Origin: Chitinophagales bacterium
Lineage (GTDB): Bacteria; Bacteroidota; Bacteroidia; Chitinophagales; JADIYW01
Length of the DNA stretch: 64,000 nucleotides
Assembly: GCA_023957215.1 (NCBI GenBank)
Contig: JAMLHH010000001.1
Location: forward strand, 17,383 to 81,382
Direction: 5' to 3'
Shown here: positions 37,700-46,600 of the stretch, piece after piece
How the letters are laid out: every line of letters starts with the position of its first letter
How positions within the stretch are numbered: position 1 is the stretch's first letter
Notes under the pieces: model-generated
What the model saw: the letters and a program-made list of their open reading frames with translations, nothing else
What the model was told of the DNA's origin: nothing
The model's database searches: none
Translations under genes and position numbers: made by a program

Positions 37700-39329
37700 A
37701 GCCTTCTAATCTATTATGGTAAAAAAACAATAATTTTAAATCATCGCTGGTGATATCTCCCTCTTTCGTTCGTCGGATGGGTTTTGCAGAGTGATACATA
37801 CTGACATTTCGGATGCCGTGTTCTATTATCTCTTCTGTATCCAAAGTCATGTGAGGTGCTAATTTCAGTTCTTCTGCATTGTTGAGTCGGTACAACTCGT
37901 CTTTCACTCTATTACAACTGAAAACAAAATCATTCCAAGGGATTCTTCTATCTTCCTCCGTCGTTCTGAGAATGGTAAAAATATCTGTCTCTTTGTGATA
38001 TTTTTTTAATATCTCAAATGCTACAAAAGTGACCAAATGAGAGGAGTAAACCGTGTTAGCTTTTAGATATTTCTTAGTGATGATATCTCCCAACATAGAA
38101 GTGTAAACGTGTTCTCTTTGCGGATCATTGGTGATAAGTCCGTTGTTGGAAAAATAATTTCTAATAGCTATTGTATTTCCAAATTTGTCAATACTGTTAC
38201 CTTCATCGTCAATATCATTGCCAAAAATATCCATAGGCTCACTCAATGAAAGCGTGATATCGGATGCTGAGCCAAATAATTGTCCAAAGAACTTCCATAT
38301 TGCCTTAAATCCTTGTGGCGATTTATCTTTCATAAGATAATGTTCCTTTCCTGTCCTTTTCAGATGTTCGGAAATCAGCGAAGATGCTTCTAAGACAAAA
38401 TGATAGCTCACTGTAAGAGGTACAATAAAAATCTTGTTGGTCTTATCTGATGATTGTGTTTCAAAATGCATACGCTGTGCTTCTAAAACAGTTCCCATCA
38501 ATCCAAGTTTCAGATTGGTATCTAAAGTGCCAGAACGAGAACGGGTTCCCCCCGGAAAAAAAATAGTATGTGCCCCTTTAAAAACATTAATTCTCGAAAA
38601 AGCTTTTAGTGTCTCTAAATAAATAGGATTCTTCTTTCTTCTATCCACCCTATATGCACCAAGATTACCCATGAAGTAACCCAAAATTCTATTGTTAAAT
38701 AAATTGATACCGGCACCATATTGGAAGGCAGGAAGTCCTATCATATCCATACCATAACCTATAATAGCCGAATCAAGATTGCTAAAATGCGTCGGCAGTA
38801 AGATAATAGTCCCTTTGGTGGAAAGCTGTCTGATTTTTTCCACCGGTCCGGTGACAAACAGACGGTCTGTCAGGGTTGTCTGCGGTTTAAAGATGGACTT
38901 GATACCTCCGATAGAAGCGTTGAGTAAACGTCCAAAGAAGATGGGTAAGGTCTGTCTGGCAAACCAATGCAATTTGGGGTCAAAGTTGTTAATAATTTCC
39001 TCACTATACCTTTTGATAATACCTTTTAATATAGGTTCTTCTATTTTATCTTGATTATTTTCTTCAATAGATGATGGGTCGTAAGCACTTAATCTCTTTT
39101 TTATTTTTTCCCAGTATTCAAATTCATCTTCCGGATCGACATCCCAGGGTTCAGTTTTCACCCTGATGCGTTCTAAATATAGTGTTTTTGCCAACAAGTC
39201 TCTTCTTGTTTCACGACAGTTAAGATACTTAAAGCTTTCTTCTATTACATCTTCCAAAACTTCATCTTGATGTCTTGCAATTCTTGCAATAGGCCAATCT
39301 TTTCTATCAGGAATAACATATTTATACAT
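37674..39329 (-). CDS. PlsB/GPAT-family glycerol-3-phosphate (or DHAP) acyltransferase-like protein
   Basis: 551 aa. Acyltransferase block I HX4D (PTHFSNLDS), block II-like GAYRVDRR, and block III FFPGGTRSRSG, which resembles the PlsB/GPAT-type G(G/T)RSR(S/T)G rather than short PlsC proteins. Confidence 0.68.
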   Translation of the reverse strand: MYKYVIPDRKDWPIARIARHQDEVLEDVIEESFKYLNCRETRRDLLAKTLYLERIRVKTEPWDVDPEDEFEYWEKIKKRLSAYDPSSIEENNQDKIEEPILKGIIKRYSEEIINNFDPKLHWFARQTLPIFFGRLLNASIGGIKSIFKPQTTLTDRLFVTGPVEKIRQLSTKGTIILLPTHFSNLDSAIIGYGMDMIGLPAFQYGAGINLFNNRILGYFMGNLGAYRVDRRKKNPIYLETLKAFSRINVFKGAHTIFFPGGTRSRSGTLDTNLKLGLMGTVLEAQRMHFETQSSDKTNKIFIVPLTVSYHFVLEASSLISEHLKRTGKEHYLMKDKSPQGFKAIWKFFGQLFGSASDITLSLSEPMDIFGNDIDDEGNSIDKFGNTIAIRNYFSNNGLITNDPQREHVYTSMLGDIITKKYLKANTVYSSHLVTFVAFEILKKYHKETDIFTILRTTEEDRRIPWNDFVFSCNRVKDELYRLNNAEELKLAPHMTLDTEEIIEHGIRNVSMYHSAKPIRRTKEGDITSDDLKLLFFYHNRLEGYGLHKYIS

Positions 39330-39539
39330 ATCAGAAATTTGACTCTATCAGCTAAGTTATAAGATTTTATAAGTTATTTTATAAAAATGTGAATCCGTAT
39401 CTAAGTTAACACACAGATAAAACAATGAATTTTTTGCATATAGATAATAAAAACGGCAAGGAACTCACGATTTAATATTGTTTTAATCTAAGACTTCTTG
39501 CAAATGAGAAAAAAAATATTTTGATTTGTACCTAAATTT

Positions 39540-39581
39540 ATGAGAAACACATTTTTTTATAGCTATTACTTTAATCTCTAA
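39540..39581 (+). CDS. candidate Phe/Tyr leader peptide MRNTFFYSYYFNL (13 aa)
   Basis: ATG AGA AAC ACA TTT TTT TAT AGC TAT TAC TTT AAT CTC TAA. Six of seven consecutive codons are Phe or Tyr. It lies between a divergent gene start and a terminator hairpin, directly upstream of the Phe/Tyr biosynthesis operon. Confidence 0.55.
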   Translation: MRNTFFYSYYFNL

Positions 39582-39624
39582 TACAAGGGACAAGAAAGGC
39601 TATAGAAATAAATATAGAATACAA

Positions 39625-39652
39625 AGTCCCGAATGTTCGGGACTTTTTTTTT
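39625..39652 (+). terminator. intrinsic terminator/attenuator hairpin upstream of pheA
   Basis: AGTCCCGAA-TG-TTCGGGACT (39625-39644) runs into nine consecutive T (39644-39652). It ends 14 nt before the pheA ATG at 39667. Confidence 0.7.
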
Positions 39653-39666
39653 GAAAAAAATGGATT

Positions 39667-40503
39667 ATGAAAATTTCTATACAAGGATTTAAAGCTTCGT
39701 TTCACGAAATAGCCGCCTATAAATATTTTGGAAAAGAAGTCGAAACCATAGAGTGTGACACCTTCCAAAAGCTTTTTGATTCCATGCAAAAAGATGGAGA
39801 AGCAGATTATGCAGTGATGGCTATTGAAAATTCGGTGGCAGGTTCTATTTTACCTAATTATGCCCGACTGCGGGAAGCAGATTTGGAAATTTTCGGTGAA
39901 ATATATTTGAGAATAGAAATGAATCTGATAGCACTTTCCGGTCAAACAATTGATGATATCAAGGAAGTACATTCACATCCAATGGCATTATTACAATGCG
40001 TTCAATATTTTAGACAATATCCTCATATCCAATTGATAGAGTCCAAAGATACCGCTTTGAGTGCTATTGAAATCAAAGAGCAAAACTTGAAAGGTATCGG
40101 AGCCATCGGTAGCCGTCAAGTAGCAGAAAGTTTTGAATTGGAAATTTTGGCAGAAGGTATTGAGACTAATAAACGAAATTTTACACGGTTTTTAGTTCTG
40201 AAAAGAAGAGGTGATACAGTTCCTTTTGAGTTGGGGACATCTGATAAAGCATCCTTATCTTTTAGAGCATTACACAGACCGGGCAGTTTATCGGCTGCAC
40301 TTTCGGCAATGGCCATTTTTGGAATGAACTTGACAAAAATCCAATCTTTACCCGTATTGGGCGAGGAGTGGGAATACTATATGTATGCAGATTTGGAGTT
40401 TAAGGATTATAGAAGTTATCAAGAAATGTTGAAGGTAGTAGAACCTTTGACCAAAGACTTAAAAATTTTAGGAGAATATTCACAAGGAGAAAAATATTTA
40501 TGA
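39667..40503 (+). CDS. pheA: prephenate dehydratase
   Basis: 278 aa. PDT domain (IQGFKASFHEIAA, NFTRFLVL) plus a C-terminal ACT domain. The stop overlaps the next start (ATGA). Confidence 0.9.
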   Translation: MKISIQGFKASFHEIAAYKYFGKEVETIECDTFQKLFDSMQKDGEADYAVMAIENSVAGSILPNYARLREADLEIFGEIYLRIEMNLIALSGQTIDDIKEVHSHPMALLQCVQYFRQYPHIQLIESKDTALSAIEIKEQNLKGIGAIGSRQVAESFELEILAEGIETNKRNFTRFLVLKRRGDTVPFELGTSDKASLSFRALHRPGSLSAALSAMAIFGMNLTKIQSLPVLGEEWEYYMYADLEFKDYRSYQEMLKVVEPLTKDLKILGEYSQGEKYL

Positions 40504-41666
40504 TTATCCAACAAGCAAGTAGATTAGATTTTATACAAGAATACTATTTCTCAAAAAAATTAAGAGAGATAGCAAAAATGATAAAAGAAGGTAAGCCTGT
40601 TATCAATCTCGGTATAGGAAATCCTGATCAAGCTCCTGCCTCAGAGGTGATAGAAGCAATACAAAAATCAGCTGCCAATGTGAAAAATCATGGCTACCAA
40701 AGCTACAACGGTAATCCGGCTTTGAGAGAGCAAATGTCTATTTGGTATGAGCACACTTATCAGGTAAAATTAAATCCCGAAAATGAGATATTGCCACTTT
40801 TGGGTTCAAAAGAAGGTATTACACACATCCATCAGGCATTTATCAATCTGGGAGATAAAGTATTGGTACCTAATCCGGGCTATCCGACTTATTCTTCCGC
40901 TTCAAGATTGTCCGGAGCAGTACCTGTTTATTACGATTTGGACGAAAACAATGATTGGTCACCGGTTTGGAGTTCTGTTTCAGAAAAAGATTTGGAAGAG
41001 GCAAAAATTATTTGGATCAACTATCCTCAAATGCCGACGGGTGCTCCCGGCAGTCTGAAAATCTTTGAGGAAGCCATTAAAATAGCAAGAAAATACAAAT
41101 TGCTGATTGTCAATGACAATCCATATAGTTTAATTCTTAATCAAGATAAACCTATATCTATTTTCCAAGTTGAAGGTGCTAAAGAAGTGGCGATAGAACT
41201 TAATTCTTTGTCCAAATCACATAACCTCGCCGGAGCGAGAGTGGGCATGATCGTGGGTGATAAAGATTATATCCAGACTATCCTTAAAGTAAAATCCAAT
41301 GTGGATTCGGGCATGTATTTGCCCGTGCAAGACTTGGCGATTGCAGCTTTGAAACTTTCTGATGAATGGCATATTGCGAGAAATCAAGTGTATGCTTCCA
41401 GATTATCTTTGGCAAAAGAGATAATGAGAGCTTTAAATTGTGATTTTCAAGAAAATCAGGTAGGGATGTTTCTTTGGGCTAAAATACCTGATACATACAA
41501 GAATGTTGAAGAGTTGACAGAGAAGGTCTTACAAGAAGCTTATGTATTTATTACACCAGGATTTATTTTTGGCACGAAAGGTGAAAGATATATCAGGATA
41601 TCATTGTGTAGTAAAAACGACTCACTAAAAGAAGCTTTAAGCAGAATCAAAAAACTTGTCTTATGA
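40500..41666 (+). CDS. class I/II aminotransferase (aromatic/prephenate/aspartate aminotransferase-type)
   Basis: 388 aa. NPGYPTY, NDNPY, and the PLP-lysine block LNSLSKSHNLAGARVG. ATGA overlaps at both ends. Confidence 0.85.
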   Translation: MIIQQASRLDFIQEYYFSKKLREIAKMIKEGKPVINLGIGNPDQAPASEVIEAIQKSAANVKNHGYQSYNGNPALREQMSIWYEHTYQVKLNPENEILPLLGSKEGITHIHQAFINLGDKVLVPNPGYPTYSSASRLSGAVPVYYDLDENNDWSPVWSSVSEKDLEEAKIIWINYPQMPTGAPGSLKIFEEAIKIARKYKLLIVNDNPYSLILNQDKPISIFQVEGAKEVAIELNSLSKSHNLAGARVGMIVGDKDYIQTILKVKSNVDSGMYLPVQDLAIAALKLSDEWHIARNQVYASRLSLAKEIMRALNCDFQENQVGMFLWAKIPDTYKNVEELTEKVLQEAYVFITPGFIFGTKGERYIRISLCSKNDSLKEALSRIKKLVL

Positions 41667-42520
41667 AAGTTGCCGTTTTTGGATTGGGATTGATAGGTGG
41701 TTCTGTGGGAATTGATTTAAAAAGACGTGGCTTTGCCAGTGAGATTATTGGCGTAGGACGCACTCTACTGAATATACAAAAAGCACTCGATTTAGGCTTG
41801 GCTGATAGGATGATTAGTAAAGAACAAGCAGTCAAAGAGGCTGATTTGATTGTACTTTCTGTCCCAGTGAATATTCTTGTGGAAGAACTGAAATATGTAT
41901 TGGACAATATGAGACCTGATGCTGTCGTGACAGATATGGGATCTACGAAGTCCAAGATAATCGAAGCCGTACGTACTCATCCTTTGAGAGGCAGATATGT
42001 GGCAAGTCATCCGATGGCGGGTACAGAATACTCAGGTCCAACTGCTGCTTTTTCAGGATTATTTGATGGAAAATTGGCAATTATCTGTGATAAAGAAGAC
42101 TCGGATGCGGATGCTTTGGCATTGATAGAAAAGATGTATTTGGTTTTAGGAATGCATCTACAATATATGAAGTCAAAAGCACACGATTTACATGCGGCGT
42201 ATGTCTCTCATGTTTCACATATCACCAGTTTTGTATTGGGTGCTACCGTTTTGGAAAAAGAAAAAAGTGAAAAAGCCATATTGAGTATGGCAGGTGGTGG
42301 TTTTGAATCTACGGTGAGATTAGCCAAAAGTTCGCCTGAAATGTGGTCTCAAATCTTTGAACAAAACGGAGAAAATATTGTAGAAGTTCTCAATACCTAT
42401 ATTGATAAAATTACCGCTTTTAGAGATAAAATTAAGACAGGAGATACTGAATACCTTAAAAATTTTATGGCACAAGCCAATAATATAAAACGAATTTTAA
42501 AAAAAGAAATAGAAAAATAA
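41663..42520 (+). CDS. tyrA: prephenate dehydrogenase
   Basis: 285 aa. Rossmann motif VAVFGLGLIGGSVG, and HPMAGTE / SHVSH blocks typical of TyrA. Confidence 0.88.
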   Translation: MKVAVFGLGLIGGSVGIDLKRRGFASEIIGVGRTLLNIQKALDLGLADRMISKEQAVKEADLIVLSVPVNILVEELKYVLDNMRPDAVVTDMGSTKSKIIEAVRTHPLRGRYVASHPMAGTEYSGPTAAFSGLFDGKLAIICDKEDSDADALALIEKMYLVLGMHLQYMKSKAHDLHAAYVSHVSHITSFVLGATVLEKEKSEKAILSMAGGGFESTVRLAKSSPEMWSQIFEQNGENIVEVLNTYIDKITAFRDKIKTGDTEYLKNFMAQANNIKRILKKEIEK

Positions 42521-42531
42521 AAACGATAAAA

Positions 42532-43608
42532 ATGGGAGAATTAAACATTGCACCTCTATCATCATGGGGTCTAAAAAAAAAGAGACCTTTAATCATATCG
42601 GGACCTTGTAGTGCAGAATCAGAAGAACAGGTCATAGAAACAGCCAAAGGTCTTGCCGATAAAGGTATAGATATCTTGAGAGCAGGTATTTGGAAACCCC
42701 GTACACGCCCGGGATCTTTTGAAGGTTTGGGTAGAATTGCCTTACCTTGGTTAAAAAAAGCAGGTGAGATTATTGGAAAACCGATTGCGGTAGAAGTTGC
42801 CACCAGAGAACATGTTTTTGACTGTTTAAAAGCAGGTGTTGATATCCTTTGGGTAGGCGCCCGCACGACGGCAAATCCTTTCTCCGTACAAGAAATTGCA
42901 GATGCATTGGAAGGAGCAGATGTTCCTGTCATCGTCAAAAATCCTGTCAACCCTGATTTACAGCTTTGGATAGGAGCAATCGAACGTATCAATAGAGCAG
43001 GCATCACCAGAATAGGTGCTTTGCACAGAGGTTTTTCAACCTATGACAAATCAAAATACAGAAACAAACCGATGTGGGAAATTCCTATCGAATTGAGAAG
43101 ATTGTATCCACAAATACCTATGTTCAATGATCCAAGCCATATTTCGGGCAATAGAGAATTGATTGCTCCGGTGGCTCAAAAAGCATTGGATTTGGACTTT
43201 GATGGTCTGATGATAGAATCACACTGGATGCCGGACAAAGCGTGGTCTGATGCCAGCCAGCAAGTGACACCCGATAGATTGGGAGAAATTATATCAGGAC
43301 TAATTATCAGAGAAGAAAAACCTGAAATTACTACAAACGAACTCGATCAACTTCGCTCTAAAATAGATAGATTGGATAATGAAGTCATTGAGATTTTGGC
43401 TGAAAGAATGGACATTGCAAGAAAGATTGGTGAGTTTAAAAAATCTAAGAATATGACGATACTCCAATCCGGCAGGTGGGATGATATTGTCCATGATAGA
43501 GTACAGAAAGGTACGGCAAAAAAGTTGACAGAAGAATTTATCATGGAATTATTTGAATCCATTCATACTGAATCTATCAGACATCAGACAGCGATTATGA
43601 ATGACTAA
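42532..43608 (+). CDS. bifunctional 3-deoxy-7-phosphoheptulonate (DAHP) synthase / chorismate mutase (CM domain C-terminal)
   Basis: 358 aa. Type I-beta DAHPS/KDO8PS-like core (GPCSAES, GIWKPRTRPGSFEGLG, NDPSHISG), then an AroQ-type CM segment (LDQLRSKIDRLDNEVIEILAERMDIARKIGEFK, about 43339-43605). Confidence 0.88.
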   Translation: MGELNIAPLSSWGLKKKRPLIISGPCSAESEEQVIETAKGLADKGIDILRAGIWKPRTRPGSFEGLGRIALPWLKKAGEIIGKPIAVEVATREHVFDCLKAGVDILWVGARTTANPFSVQEIADALEGADVPVIVKNPVNPDLQLWIGAIERINRAGITRIGALHRGFSTYDKSKYRNKPMWEIPIELRRLYPQIPMFNDPSHISGNRELIAPVAQKALDLDFDGLMIESHWMPDKAWSDASQQVTPDRLGEIISGLIIREEKPEITTNELDQLRSKIDRLDNEVIEILAERMDIARKIGEFKKSKNMTILQSGRWDDIVHDRVQKGTAKKLTEEFIMELFESIHTESIRHQTAIMND

Positions 43609-43692
43609 TATTTATTTAAACCCTAAAAAAATATAGATTTTGAGTTAAAAGCGATAAGTCATTTTAAAAGTTACTTTATTTTCATTTTCTTT

Positions 43693-46600
43693 ATGGATAT
43701 GAAATTTTGGCTAATCGCTTTACTCACAATGCTTTCTGTATATCCTACTTATGGCCAGTCTAATCCCGAGGCATATAAGTTGTCAGGAAGTCCATTCTAT
43801 TTTACTAATTGGCCTTCATCATCAGAAGCCGAAACCTTTCCTACCGGTATGGTTTTACAACAATATGACGACGAGGACGATCCTAATAAAAATTCAGAAC
43901 CTATATCAGATTGGATTTGTAACTATAATTTGGAAAGCAAGTCAAGGTTTGTAGGGTTGGGAAACTCAGGCATAGGCTTTTTAAACACCGGAAGTAACTT
44001 GTCAAGAACTGAATGCAATGGTGCTAATGCAGGGAAAGTCGGAGTGGTAACATTAGCAATCAATACAAGTGATATAGAAAATATTGAACTTTCGTGGAGA
44101 GTGAGAATGATTAAGCAAGGAGATGGGTTCCCTTTGCCGAGAGAATATAGAATTACTGCCCAATACCGTTTGGATAGCTCAAGTGCTTGGATGGATTTCC
44201 CTGCTACGAGTCGTTATTCGTCTTTCAATAAAAATGAGGGCAGTATCAAAAATTTTTCTCTCCAACTTCCAAATACTTTTGACAACAAAGAATATGTCCA
44301 ATTCCGATGGAAATATTATCAAGAATCTTCTAACCAAGGAGGGACAAGACCTTTCTTAGCATTAGATGATATTAAAGTAATAGGAGAAAAATCAGATGGG
44401 AACAATACTCCAGTCTTATTTACAGATCAGACGACAATAGGTAGCTTTGGATGTGTAGAAGGTAATTTTTCACAAATTGATTCTATACTTTTCTCAGCAA
44501 ATTTTCTTAAAGAGAATCTCAGTATAGAATCGGATGGTGAGTTTTATATTTCTCTATCGGAAAATGAAAATTATAATCAATCAATACTTATCCAAGCTCC
44601 AAACGGCAAAATAGGTGACACCTATTTATATATCAAAAAGAAATGCTCTTCTATTGGAGAAAAAAAAGGTATTTTAAGTTTTATTTCCGGTAGTCTTAAA
44701 AAGAATTTTGCACTATCAGGAGAAGGCTATTATAAGGTATTTATCAATGAATTAGTAGCTTCCAATTTTAAATCGTATGACGAAAGAGAAATTTACCCGG
44801 ATTGGATAGAATTGTATAATCCGAATGATACCGGCTTTTCTATTGCAGGTTATTATATGTCTGATGATATAAATAATCTAACAAAGCACAGACTCCGGGG
44901 ACCTGAATCATTCATGGAGTCTTATGGTTTTAATCTATTTTTCGCAGATGATTCGCGGACAACGGATAAATATTTACAGTTTAAACTTTCAAATTCCGGA
45001 GAGTCTGTCTTTTTGGTTGGAAAAGATGGGAAGACAATTATAGATAGCGTGACTTTCGGATATCAAAAGACAGATATTTCCTATGGTAGGGAAATTGACG
45101 GTTCTGATAAATGGGTTCAATTTAAGGAGCCTACTCCGGATAAATCCAATAACAATGGCGTAATTCGTTTTGAAAATCAGGCTGATCCTCCGATTTTTTC
45201 TGCTAATGGTGGTAAGTATGAGTACCCCTTTGTGTTAAGTTTAAGCAGCCCTCACCCTGATGCAAAGATATACTATACTATTGATGGGTCAGAGCCAAGT
45301 ATAGATAATTTGGGAGGAAGTGTTTTTGAATATAAGCAGTCATATTATCTAGAACCGGGACATATAACGGAGTCTTACTTTCAGCCATATAGAACTATTT
45401 TTTATTTTGAGCCTATAGAATTGTCTCTATATAAAGATAAGCCATATAAAATTTCAAATATTAGTACGACTTATACGATTGCCCCTTATATACCAAAAAT
45501 AAATAGAAATAACGCAGTTATAATTAGGGCCATTGCAGTACAGCCCAATATGGAAGCGAGCGAAATCATTACCCAGAGCTATTTCTTTTCAAATGGAGAT
45601 CCGACCAAAGATAGTTTACCAATAATCAGTCTCGCTTTAAACCCACATCAATATTTAAGTTTTGAGGACGGAATTGCTGTGCCGGGAAAAGACTATGAAG
45701 ATTGGAGATTTTCGACTCCTATTCAACAAAATACAAACTTTTTGAGACCGGCCAATTTTAATAGAAGGGGAAGACCGGCCGAAATAGCCTCAAACTTGGA
45801 AATTTTTGAAAAAAATAAGCCCTATTTTAATGAAAAAATTGGAATTAGAATTCATGGCAATTCATCAAGAGCAAAGCGTTCTAAGAATATGCGTATCTAT
45901 TCTCGGAGTCTATATGGAAACGAAAAAATAGTTTTCCCCTTTTTTGACAATTTGCCTTATGAAGATTATAAAAGGATACTTTTACGTTTATCTAGTGAGC
46001 GAAAAACTCGTTTTATAGACATGTTTGTCCAACAGATTACCAAATCTCTCAATGTAGATTATCAAGAATATAATCCTTATGTTTTATATATAAACGGTGA
46101 ATATTGGGGAATAGCGAATGCATTAGAAAGAATTGACAAGAATTATTTACAAAGAAAATATGGTTTTGATGATTCTAATTTTGATATGTTAGAGAAAGAA
46201 GGGAGAATCAAACAAGGGAGCAATGCAGATTATCTTCAGTTTATTCAAAACCTAGACTCGATTAATATTAGTTCGGATGAAGGCTATAATTGGCTATATA
46301 GTAAAATGGATGTTGAAAATTTTATAACATATTTTCCATTTAGAATATATACCTCCGATATGGATTGGCCTTTAAATAATATTATATATTGGAAATATAA
46401 TAGCGTCACTAAAAATAATAGAACACCTTATGGGCTAGATGGAAAATGGAGATGGATACATTTTGATAATGATGGAGCATTTAGAGTAGATCCGTCATAC
46501 AACAGTTTAAATGATCTCTTTAAAGAATTTTATATTATAAAAAATGGTGACGGGGAAGATGTCTTTTATGATAATTGGAGTACTACGCTTTTTAGAGCTT

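Noticed and set aside
39504-39524. Mini-ORF MRKKIF upstream of the F/Y leader
   Set aside because: It has six codons with a single Phe and probably overlaps the promoter region. It offers no support as a regulatory peptide.
39571-39789. 72-aa minus-strand ORF spanning the pheA start and the terminator hairpin
   Set aside because: It overlaps the pheA 5' end and the leader region antisense. It is hydrophobic, low-complexity and has no motif support.
42465-43007. 180-aa minus-strand ORF inside the DAHP synthase gene, and similar antisense ORFs at 1920-2387, 3277-3606, 12953-13327, 24433-24798, 41647-41955, 55826-56107, 60268-60681 and 62443-62787
   Set aside because: All lie entirely within well-supported genes on the opposite strand. 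They have low-complexity or odd composition and no recognisable motifs. They are shadow ORFs.
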